Shown: in pieces, positions 37,301 through 49,300 of the stretch
Layout of the letters: every line of letters starts with the position of its first letter
Position numbering within the stretch: the stretch's first letter is position 1
Source: Camelus dromedarius
Taxonomy: Eukaryota
DNA: 64,000 bases
Assembly: GCF_036321535.1 (NCBI RefSeq)
Contig: NC_087437.1
Coordinates: 122,514,001-122,578,000, forward strand
Reading direction: 5' to 3'
Notes under the pieces: model-generated
Told to the model about the DNA's origin: nothing
Database searches by the model: none
What the model saw: only the letters and a program-made list of their open reading frames with translations
Program-made: the position numbers and the translations under genes

Positions 37301-40300
37301 AGCTGCCCAGGGGGAGTTGTGCAGACATGCTTACCAGGCATGCGGTCAGCCCAGAAAAGCCCAAGACCGTCTTGAGCTTCGAAAGTTCAGGAGGAGCCAA
37401 GAGAAGACCATCTGGCCTTCTCCAGATCCATCCCAGACTTGGCTTAAAGTCACTCATAAGGTTTTGCATTTCTTTTGGTTTGCCAGCCTTCTCAGGTTTG
37501 AATTGTCCGTAAGTCCCCGAAGATGTGCTGACCTTTGACCCAGGAGGAGGCCTGTGCCTGTGCATGTGGTGCCCCAGCACGAGGCGGCCCCTGGCCTGAG
37601 GGATCCAGGTCATCCGAGGGGCCTGGCGGGGTTCCGGGCCTTTGGGCTCCTGGGGTGTGCCCAGCGTGACGCTCTGCACCTCAGCTTGGGTGTGAGGTGT
37701 GAGTCTAACTCGCGGTGCAGAACCCCGGGGCCTGCGCGGTGGGACCCCAAGCTGAGGAGAAGTGAGGGGTTTGGATGCTACCCTGGGCCTGAAGGGTGTT
37801 GATGGTTTTCCTAAGAAGGACTGACAGAGCCGAGGCCTGACTTGGGTCAGTGGCAGGAGGGGGTCATTAGCATGGGGCTGGTCCCGGCCCAGAGGTCCTC
37901 AGCAGAGACCCCGGTGAATGCTGAGCCCTCAGGTGCGGGGCCACCCCACCAGCCGCTCATCCCCCAGACGCCCAGAAAGAGCAGGCTGCAGGTGACACAG
38001 GCCACGGACCTGGCTGGTGTGGCATCTGCACGTGCATGAAGTGTTTGTTTACTTCTTGTTTGCTATTTACTGATGTGTGTTTCTTTTCAGGATAATGGTG
38101 GCTTCTGGGGAGGGAGAGGGTGGACTGGGGGTGTGTGTAGAGTGGTGATGATGTATTTTACGAAAGAAGTTGAAACAGTGTTAAAATATTAGGTAATGAG
38201 AAACTGGATATTTATTCGATTATTCCTTATGATATTGTAATATTTTAAATATTTTCTCAAAAAGGCCAAAAGAGTTTACTTTCATCTCTGAGCCTGACTG
38301 TCGTGGACAGGCAGGCTCTGAGGAGACGCTTAGTGGCCAGGCCCTTCACTGCTGGTGGAAGAGCCCCTGCCAGGGCCCTAGCTGAGATGCAGGGGCTGGA
38401 GAAGGCGGCGGGTGTGTCAGGGCTGCATCCCAACTCCCAGCCGAGGGTGGGACACGGTGTGCACAAGTGTCCCCAGATCCCCTGAGCAGGCGCCCTTGGC
38501 CCCCGGCTCAGTGGTGCCCATGGTTGCTTTCCCAGGGCACTGTCACCAGCACCGCGACCTGCATCCAGCTGCACAAAAAGGCCGAGAGAGTGGCTGCTGC
38601 CCTGACGGAGAAGGCTCAGCTGAGCGCCGGGGCCCACGTGGCACTGGTCTACCCCCCAGGTAAGCAGGTGGAGCCTCCAGGCCCAGCCTGCCGCCTCTGA
38701 GCCTGATGCTGTTTCATCTTCCCCCAGCACCTGCAGCCTGTGAGCAGGGACAGTCTGGTTGTGCGGGTGCCCCCCCCCCCCCCCCGCCCAGGTCTTAGTG
38801 CCACCGGCTGCACCTTCCTCCTGTCTTTTCCACACGGCTGTTCTCCCCGTCCTCCCCAGTCTCTCCCTGCAGAGCAGATGCCTCTAACCTCTAACTGCCA
38901 GCCAGCTGAAGAAGTGGGTCTTCACCTGCCCATCCCAGCACCTCCTCATTATCCCCACGTCAGCCTCTGTCCTGCCTCCCGGGGTCACCGCTTCTCCCCA
39001 GTTTGCTCGCCTGGCTGAGCACCCTGGACATCATGGCTCCATCTGCCGGCTTTCTTTCCATCTGACATGTTGTTACATCGCTGAATCTGCAGGCTGCCCT
39101 CTTGCCCGCTCCTTGACCCTGTGGCGTCCTCCAGTCTGGAGCTGCTCAGCGGGCCCAGACCCTGGGCCACTGCCAGGTTCATGGGCCTCGCCAAGACCCC
39201 AAGCAGTATAGAGCTATCTCCTCAGAAACTGCAGGTCGGGTCTCTCATTCTGTGGAATTAGCGTACTAGCAGCCATTGGTGCCCAGCGTCCCACCCCCAC
39301 TAGTTCGGGAGGGCCACAAAGTGGTGGCCTTATAATTCTGTCATTCTCTTTACTCACCGGTCCTCCCCTCGGTAGTGCCAAGCCACCAGGGCTAGGGTTC
39401 ACCTGTGAACAGCAGAGTAAGTGTCAGGTCTTTCCTTCTGGTAGTGACACGAATTGTTTCCCATCATTCTGGGGGTGCTGCTCCCAGGTGCTCAGTGTGA
39501 CCTCTCATCCTGACGCCTCCTGGCTGCCTGGTAGCCCAGACGCTCTGGTCAGTTCCCCCCAGAACGGCCCCCAGAACGGGTTTCCAGGTGAGCTGCTGTC
39601 TGTCCCCTCCCAGTGAGCAGAGCTCGGCATGATAGCAGGTGTCCTTGTCCGTCTCAGGCAGTGCCTCCTGCGTTCACACTGTGTGTCCCGTTCAGTTCAG
39701 GGTTACAGGGTTTTACTGAACCCTTTCTACATTGTGTCTGTGTCTCCTTTTCCCCCACCAGGAATCCTGGTTCTCCAGGGTGGGGGAGATGACGGAGCTC
39801 AGGTACCCCGTGGTTGCTCACTTGCTTTATCCTCCATCACCAGTGGCACCGCCAAGTACTGGTAGTGACAGGCGACCACCAGTGTGCTTTTTGAAACTGC
39901 TCACATTTTCCCGCACCCGCCGCCTCTGCCCCTTTTCCCTGCATCTGGGCCCAGTGCCCACTCCTGCGTCTTCCTGGTGCACTGGTTTTCTAGAGTCGAC
40001 TTCTCAGGAAGGGCTCAAGGGAACAGTATCCCAAGTTCTTGCTTGTTGATGGCAGTCTGTACACTCTGTAATTGGAAGTCATTTTTGCTGGATGGGAAAC
40101 CGTTGACTTGCATTTTCTTTTCTCGAGCATCTCTAACGTGTCCATTTTCTCCTGGCTTCAAGCACCAAGGCCAATGAGACCCTGATGTCCGTTCTCATAG
40201 GGGTCACTTGGCCTTGGTATCAAAAGGGTATTTTTCCTTTCCTTACAGCGCATACATAGTAGTAAGCTTGCTTGCTCTGGGTCCGCGTTCCCTTGTGTGA

Positions 40301-43300
40301 GGTGCCTTTAAACGTGTAGTTGCAGGTCTTCTTTCTGACCTGAAGGGGGCTCTCTGGAGCCACGGTTCCCGTGTGCCCCCTCCTGGTTTCCCTCGTGTCC
40401 TCGTGTCCTCGCCTCGCATTGGATCTGCTCTGACATGTTCTCTGGAAGCGTTTCTGTTGGAGTTTTCCGCCTTCTCTGTCCATCCTTTCGTCCGTCCATC
40501 ATCCTGAGGTTGTGTCCGTTGTCTGCTCTGGGGCCCCTGCTAGGTCTGTCTTCATTTCTGACTTTCTGCTTCTCATTTGTTATTCTTTTACGTCTTGTAT
40601 CATTTTCTTTTCATGTATTTTCGCACATTCTGAAGTTGAAGACCAGCCCGAGTTTTCAGCTGCTGCCTTTGCCTGTATGGGCAGGTGATGTTCTGCTCCT
40701 GTTTCTTCTTCACACCTTGTGAGGGCCTTAGCTTCATGTGGCCCCTGGGCCGCCGTCTCTGGGCCTCCCTCCCCAACTCTGCCCTGTGCCCCACTCCCTG
40801 GGCCCTGCTTTGTTGGACTGGGTTGCTGGTCCCAAACCTTCCCAGATGTTAGCTGTCACCAGTGAGTACTTGAGTGGTCTCCTCTCCCTGCCCTCTGACC
40901 AGAACTACAGTTTTGAGAACAGGACACTGGTGTCCCCCCCGGTGGGAACAACTGAGCCTCCCTGGGGACTCCAGGCCTTCCGGTGCCCTCCCTGCCCCAT
41001 GCGGGTTCTCGGAAACCTCCCTCGCTCTTCCCCCAGTGCAGCCCCGACGCTGTCCTCACCCCCAGCTCCCTCCCACGGCCCACTCCATTCTCTCCTGCCC
41101 GGTCACGGGGTCTCGTTCTGGGAGTCTGCTCTTGGCTGTTCGGGGTGGGTTTCTCCCAGATCTGGCACCTGGGTGCCACACACTCGGGATACATGTCTCC
41201 TTGCTGTGCCCTAGCTGGACCAGGAGCCCCAGGTTTCTGCGGGTCTCTCCGGGCCAAGTTGGTGCCCTTCCAGGGTTGGAGGTGATAAGGTGTCACTTCC
41301 TCCTCTTTATCAGCTTGTTCTTCTTCAGGAACCTCTCTGGGATATGCTCGAGCCTGGGACCTTCCCACTTCCTTGCCCATTTAATCTTCATCTCAGGAAA
41401 ATGTTCTTTTTCGTTACTGCCTCTTCTTTTCCTGCTTCTGGAACTCCTGGCTTCTGTGTAGGTGAATCTTGGATCTCCTACACGTGGTTTCCCTTGGCGT
41501 CCACTGTGCTGCTCCGTGTGCCCAGGCCCCAGCGTCCCATCTCTTCCGCATGTCCGTTGGACACCCACGGGCCCCAGCACTTTGTGCTGGGACTCTTGCT
41601 GCTGAGGGAGCTGGGGGGCCACTCCCCGGGGGGCTGCCATGGAGCGTGGACGTCTGGTGACCACCCAGCCACATGCTCCCTGCTCAGGAGCCACGGCGAG
41701 GTGGCAGCCTGGCTTGGTTCCTGATCTGGACATGGGGTGACTTGGACACTCCAGAACCCCTGCTGGCATCATAGCTACTTCTGCACCTTCCACTCTTGGA
41801 ACATGTGGCCGTTTTCCTCCAGGACGGATGGCCATCCCTACTCTTTACCTGCCCTTGGGCTCCGGGGGAGGAGGCTGAGCGCCCCTGAGGACGGGAGGCT
41901 TTCTGGGGCTCAGGGCTGGGGCTGCAGTCACAGGAAGGGAGAAGAAAAGACAGACCGGGGCCTGAGCCCCGCTCTGCTCTGCGGTACATTTGACCCTGTT
42001 CATAAAAAAATTTTAGTGAATAAAGGAAAATGCATGGTGAAAGTTCTGAAGTTACACTTTAAAAGCTTACCAGCAGGTAGCAAATGTACTTAGTAGCCAG
42101 AGGGCAGAGCCGGGCCCTGCGTGAAGGCTGAGGGGTGCAGACGCTCTGCGGGTGCACACGGGGCCTGCTGTGCACTTCTTGGGGAGAGCTAAGACCCCTT
42201 CCCAGAGGGGTGTGTGACCCAAGGTATTAAGAACCAGTGTTCTCTGGAAGCTGCAGAAAGGTGGGGTGCAGGAGGGGTGGGCGCTCCAGATGCTCGCGGA
42301 TGACGCCAGGACAAGAGGAAGGTGCACACGAGGGCAGGTGAGCTGTGTGGGTTCCAGGAAGTGACCCCTGGATGATGCTTTCTTGTGTTCATCGGGGTTC
42401 TCTGGGGTGATGTTCGTGGTGCAGGGGCTGAGTGGTCGTGCTGGGTGTGAGGACGCAGTGCAGGCGGTGGTCTGGGTGGGTGGGCTCTGGCTCCGTCAGT
42501 AACACACTGAGCTGCCCCAGACCTGGTGGGGCATCAGCTTGTAGTCTGGCGAAACCCACAGCTGGGTTAAACGTGGCATGTTTACTGTAACTCTGGAATC
42601 AGCAGCCTGAGTTTGGTGTCTTGTAGCCTAAGGATGCCAGACAGGGCCCTGTCTGACTTGAGGGGAGCACCTGGAGGGGCCTCCTGGGTGTGGGGGCACA
42701 GGTGTTCTCAAGTCAGACTTGAGTTCAAGAGGAGAAAATAGATTTCAAGATCCAGCGTCCCCAGGTTTTAATTATAGAGAATTTTAAACAAGTAGAAAAG
42801 TTGAAGGAACAATGTGTCATGTCTTTAAGAGTCAGGTGGATGTCCTGGCCCACCCCCAGGGGTATGGGCCTCCCCAGGAGAAGCGTCCAGGCCCCCACAT
42901 TCGGGCACAGATGCCTGCAAGGAGCTGTGGGGCCTCTGGGGCAGGCAGCTCACCCTCAGAGGAACCCTGCTGTCCTTGCCCGCCCTGCCGCCCACTCTGT
43001 CACACAGAGATGGCGGGCAGAGGGCACTGTCCACGGGGCCGGGCCTCCCACATCTGTGACATCTGTGCCTTGGCTGCGCACCACCCTCCCTGGCCTCCCA
43101 GGGTCTGGGCAGGGGCGACCTGCAGTGAGGACTGCTGTCTGTCCATCCCTAATGTGCTGTGTTCTGTGAACACCCAGTCGGTATAAAGTGGGTGGTTTCA
43201 TCCAAGCAAAGCGGATCCGCTTCCCTCGTCCTTCTTGTCGAGCTGTGGCCGCCTTTGACCACTGATGCCCTCTGACCACGTGTCTCCCAGGGCTGGACCT

Positions 43301-46300
43301 CATCGCCGCCTTCTACGGCTGCCTGTACTGTGGCTGTGTGCCTGTCACCGTGCGGCCCCCACACCCCCAGAACCTGGCCACCACGCTCCCCACCGTCAAG
43401 ATGATCGTGGAGGTGGGCGTGCACAGCAGCTGGTGGGGTGGCCTGGGCCTGGGCCCTCGAGTACTTGGCTCCCGGACGCTGTGTCTCACTCGTGCTTCAA
43501 CCCTGTGGTCTGCAGGTCAGCAAGTCTACGTGCGTCCTCACTACGCAGCCCATCGTGCGGCTGCTCAGGTCCAAAGAGGCAGCAGCCGCTGTGGATGTCA
43601 GGACCTGGCCGACCATTTTAGACACAGGTGTGCGTCCTCGGTGTGCTGGTGTGTGCGCTGCCCGCCCCCTGCCCGGGACGAGCCCCCTTGCTTCCTTTGT
43701 TGTAGGGTGTGCATTGTTACTGCCCACAAATAAGAGTCAGGGAAGAGCAGCCCGAGTACATGGTGGGGAGCCTCGCCGGCAGGTTCCTAGCAGCCTGTGT
43801 CCACCAGCTGGAGCCTAGAGCCAGGCACACAGAACAGAGAGTGGCTGGAGGGGAGCAGAGGTCCTTGCCCGAGGCCTTTGCACCTGTGGACCGAGCTCTT
43901 CCTGCCTCTCATGCCCGCATGTGTTGATAGTTGTGGGGACACTGACAGTTCCCACGGTGCACACACGCCCGGCCTTTGTCCCCATCATTGGCCCATGCTG
44001 CCACACCCTAGGAAATGCTTGCAGGTCATGGGAATGGCTGTAAACCCCCGGCCCCTCTGCCTTGGCCTGTCGGGTCAGCCTGGGGGCTGAGAGCGTCTCA
44101 ACCCCTCCCCATCAAGACACCCCAAACCAGCAGCCCCCGTAGGCCCCACTGGTAACTGGAGGTGCACAGTCACATGGGTGTCAGCCAGGGTGCAGACTGG
44201 TGGGTGTGGGTGCCTGTCCTTGTCAACCAGAGCACCGCCCATGGAGGAGGTCAGGTACTGTGCCCGCCTGCCTGATACCATTGACCAGCCCAGGGCGCTA
44301 GTCCAGGGCAGCTGGCGTGGGGCCCTGGGGTGGGCTCAGGAGCAGATGGCTCAAGGGAGTCCTGTCGCCTCACTGGCTCCCTGCCGCATGCCCACCTGTA
44401 CTCGGTCCACCTCGTGCTCCTGCAGGAACTTGGTGAAGCACAGGAGCCCTGGGAGCCCGTCCACGGCGCTTGCTGTGCCCGAGTCGTTAATCCTGGCTTC
44501 GTCACAGGCTCTGTGACCTTTGCCAGGTGCCTGCTCCGCTGAGCTTTCCCACGCAGTTCTCACGACCTGTGTCCTTCCCACTCGCCCACTGTCCCCGTCA
44601 CCACACGCTCAGTGCACTCGGTGAGGGTCCACTCCATGTGACATTCCCCGATGGAGCGAGTAAGCTTCCCCACGTGTGTGTGCAGTCCAACTGCTGCTCT
44701 GAGCTCCCCAGGCCCCAGGTCCGAGTCCTGCCTCATGTCTCCTGCGAGAGCCTGAGTAACAGCCACGTCGCCCGTGTCTCCTGCTCGACAGATGACATAC
44801 CCAAAAAGAAGGTGGCCAGCATTTTCAGGCCCCCGTCCCCAGACGTGCTCGCGTACTTGGACTTCAGCGTGTCAACGACGGGGATCCTGGCGGGTGTGAA
44901 GGTGGGCGCTCTGGTCACAGCTCCTGTCTGCTCAGCCCTGACCCAGGGGTGGCAGAAGGGTGCTGGTGCAGGTCTGCGCAGGCCTTTCCTCCTGCCCAGA
45001 GCTTGAAGCAGCAGTATTGTTCCTTAAAGTTTGTGTAAAATACCAATAAACCCTAAATTGGGCTAGCCTGAAAGCAACGCATATTTTGGTATTTCATGAT
45101 CTGATGTGTGAGCATTTGGTCTCGACAACCAGGTGGCTTTGGTGGATCTCCTTACTGGGAACCAAAAGCCCCATTACAATTCTTTATTTTCCTGGAGTTT
45201 CACTTAGAAGACTTTTGGTGTGCTGTTTCCTGGGTCTTCTTTGGTTTATGTGGGATTTGAGCCAGCCATCTTTTCAGGAAGAGAATACTTCTGGCCTGGC
45301 GGCTGGGAGAGCAGACCCTGCTGTTAACCCTCTCCTTCCACATCACTGAGCACTGCCTTCATTTCGCTCTAGATGTCGCACGCAGCCACCAGTGCCTTGT
45401 GCCGCTCCATAAAGCTGCAGTGTGAGCTGTACCCCTCCAGGCAAATCGCCATCTGCCTGGACCCCTACTGCGGCCTCGGCTTCGCCCTGTGGTGTCTGTG
45501 CAGGTGAGTGTGGAGGGAGAGTGAGCAGGTAACACCCCCCACACCTTCCCTCACCCCCTACTGCTGCCATGCACCTGGGGGGCTGAATTGCTTCTCTAGA
45601 CCCCCACCTTTCTCAGATATGGTTCTGTTTCCCAGGAAGTGGAAGATACATGTGTGAGTTGGGTTGGTTGGTTTGGGTGTGGGGTGGGTTGAAGCCTGGA
45701 TCTGAAACTGAATAGAAAAGAAAAAGGAAATTTCTTGTTAAATTCACGCACTCTCTGTTACTAGTACTTGGGCCGAGACGATTTAAATCCATGCAGTCCA
45801 GGGAAGGAGGGACAGAGCCTCACACGGAGAGCCCAGTCCTGGCCAGCAGGCCAGCAGGCCCGCCTGGCATCCATGAGTGGTGTTCAGGGGCCTGGCCCCC
45901 TCCCTGCCCCCACCCCCGTGTTTCCCGCTGAAGCCCTACTTGGTCAGGGCAGCGTGGCTCCACCCTCTACCCTGGGCCCTGCTGACCCACCTCTGTTGTG
46001 GCTGCAGTGTCTACTCAGGACACCAGTCGGTGCTGGTGCCCCCGCCAGAGCTGGAGAGCAACGTGTCCCTGTGGCTGTGGGCCGTCAGCCAGTACAGGGC
46101 CCGTGTCACTTTCTGCTCCTACTCCGTGATGGAGATGTGCGCCCGGGGCCTGGGCGCGCAAACAGCTGTGCTCAGGGTAAGCACCGGAGGAGACCCGGGC
46201 CCTCCAGCCGTGGGCTGGACCGGAACCCCCCCCCTGCTGTGTGCCCCCTCCCCGCCCCCTGCGCCCCCTGCGCATGATGGGGTCTTTGAGGCTTCAGGGC

Positions 46301-49300
46301 TGAGAGGGAGGGGGCAAGAGGGTGGGGTCACTGGCAGCGCAGAAGGCAGGTGTGGGTGCGGAGCTGGGGTGCCCCCTGGTGCTTCCTACTTGGAATTTTG
46401 CGGCCTGGAGGCAGCGGGTTCGTGTGGCTCTGCCTTGGCGCTCAGAGCCCGGTGGCATGCATGCACTCCGGCCACTCAGTTCCTAAGGCCATTCCTCCCA
46501 CAGACGAAGGGTGTGGACCTGTCCTGTGTGCGTACCTGCATGGTGGTGGCCGAGGAGCGGCCTCGGATTGCTCTCACGCAGTCCTTCTCCAAGCTGTTCA
46601 GGGACCTGGGCCTGCCTGCTCGTGCCGTGAGCACCACGTTCGGCTGCAGGGTCAACGTGGCCATCTGCCTCCAGGTAGGGCGGGGCCCGGGGTGTCCGCG
46701 TGCCAGGCCTTTCTGTCCTCCGAGCCTGTGATGTTGTGTTTTCCAAACGGCAGTTTAGCCTCCAGAGCTGAGTGTTTTACAGAGTCTTTCCTCCTTGAGG
46801 AATAAAGGCTTATTTGGAAAAAAGCACAAACTGCTTTTGAACAGTAACTGTTGTCTTACCTGGAAGAATTTCTAAGTTGGATACAGTACACAAGTGATTT
46901 TCTAATGCAAGAGTGAACTTACTGTTTCAAGACATTTAGCAATTCTAAATGGAAACGCTGTAAGTAGTGTGATAATTTGTATTGCCCCAAGTTTGTTTTT
47001 GAAACATTAGGTATTTTACTTATTAAAAGGAAACATGGTGTCAGAAACCAAACAGCTAACTACAGTGCAGTGCTATTTACCGCTTCTTCAGGTGACTGGC
47101 TGTCTTCCAGCTTTTATACTAGTATCTCAGTCCCACTTCTTTCTAAGACACGTTGAACGCCTGGCGCACATGCCGGAGGTCGTTGGGAGGAAAGGGAACC
47201 AGGGCAGGAACCAGAGCAGGCCTGGGCGCGCTCTGTCGTCCCCAAGCCCCTGTCCTGCGCCAGCACCTGCTGTTTCCCGGTGTTCCAGTGATGTCCTCTC
47301 CACCATGGATACAGCTGACCGTCTAGGCCTCGCGCTGACCCTTGCTGAGTGGTGGGAGGTGGTGAGGTGGTTCTCTCTAAGGTCCCTCCTGGCGTGGAAA
47401 GTGTGACTGAGTCTTGACTGTTGACGTGTGGTGAGTGGCTGTGAGTGCAGACCTGCCTGTCCGCTCAGCACCTAAAAGCCTGTGCCCTCCTTCCTGGAAG
47501 CTCACAGGCGTCTCTGCTGCTTGTCAGCACATGGGAGGCGGCGCCCACGGCACGAGTGTCGCTGGGACGTTCTCGTTTGCGTTTCAAGATGCAGTGACGC
47601 ACTTTGCTCTCTCTTAGCCGTGTTCTCACGTCCTGTTGCTCTGTTTGTGTTTCCCGTGGCTCCTCCCTGTCTCGCTCGCTCTCGTTCTCGCTGGCCTCCT
47701 TTGTCTCTGTCAGCCCAACAGGCTGGGAAAGCTGGCTGAGCAGGTACGACTTGACCTTGGCCTTGACCTCCAGGGGCCTCTGGGCTTCCCGAGAGTTCAT
47801 GGGCTCTCCAAATTAACGTGTTTCTTTTGCTGTCTGGCTTTGCGCACAGTGGGTATTATTTGACAGGTTAAAAAAGCTTCTTTGTAACCAAATTTAAGAG
47901 CAAAACTATTTTCAGAAGCATTTGACATCCATAACATTGCCTCTAGGAAGGGCTGTGTTTAGTCTCAGTGAAGAAATGTTTGTTTTAAATCCAGGGCAGA
48001 CATAGGTTACATTGTCTGGGACCTTCAGAAATGATATTGGGCAGAGTGACCATTTAATTTGCTGTCCCTTATCTAAGGAAAAGGAACATAATGTCCTTTA
48101 ATCAGGATCAGCATCAGGTGAGAGGAGAGAGTGAGGACATCGCTCCAGCCAGTGCCAGCGGGGCCTACAGGGCCCGCCCTGGGTAGGATTAGGCTGGAGA
48201 GAGCCCAGCTCGGTGGGAGCGCCCAGACCCAAGTGGTGTTTTCCTAGCAGCTGGTGGGAAAGGGCGCTGTTGGGGCTGAAATGTGACCTTGTACGACTGG
48301 ACACCTTCGTTCATTGTTACTGGGGTCTCCCTCCTACTCATCCCCTGGTTGATGTTTGGACGGAGGGCAGACCCCCTCCCTGGGCCATGCCCACGTGGAT
48401 GCAGGTGCTCCGGACATGGGCGAGAGCGGCCCCAGGTGGACGTTCCTCTGCTGCTCCCCTGCAGGGCACGGCCGGTCCCGACCCCACGACCGTCTACGTG
48501 GACATGAGGGCACTGCGCCACGACAGGTAACGCCCAGCTGGTGGAGAGCCTCCCTCTCCCCGTGTTCTTCATCGGCACCCTCACAACCAGGGGCGCTCAC
48601 AGTGACCCAGCGTTTGGCATTTGGCATTTGGCTTTTTCTGGGGTAGAGGACAGGTGAACCCACGACGGGGCTTGTTGACACACTCCTGTCTGGAGGCAGG
48701 ACGTGGGCTTTCCATCAGGAGATGTGGCCTGGGGGCCTGTGTCTCCCCAGCTTCAGGGCTGGGAACTGGTTCCCGGCCCCCAAACATGGCTGTGCTGCAG
48801 GTCGAGGGAAGCGGTGGCGGAGATTCACGGGGGCGAGGAGAGAGGGCCCAGGGCGAGGGCCGAGGAAACATGAAGCCAGCTCCTGCCGGCACCTGAAGTC
48901 ACTGTTCCAAGGCCACAGCAAGGCTGTGGTCACTTGGCTGTTGTCAACAGACCTGCCATCATGTGATAATTCCTGATCAGCTGATGAGGTGCCTTTTTGG
49001 AGATTGTTGCCTGGACAATAAATTTGATTCTGAAATCTTTCCCCTGTTAATTTTTAGGGTACGTTTGGTGGAACGAGGTTCTCCGCATAGTCTGCCATTG
49101 ACAGAGTCTGGAAAGGTATGAGGGGACTTGCCTCCGTATGTGTTTTGAGTCCTTTCTGTCTTACGTGGTCCCTGGGAGGCGCTCGCGATGAGCGCAGGCG
49201 CCCGGGGTCTGGGCTGGGCTGACGCAGAGGGCCCCCGCCCCACGCTCCAGGCCTGGCGGGGAGGACTGCAGGTGCACAGACCCAGCGGGGCCAGGAAGAA

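Noticed and set aside
38770..38785. Poly-C/G runs (also ~58978-58996 and ~62207-62219) as functional G-quadruplexes
   Set aside because: Common in this GC-rich context, with no supporting signal.
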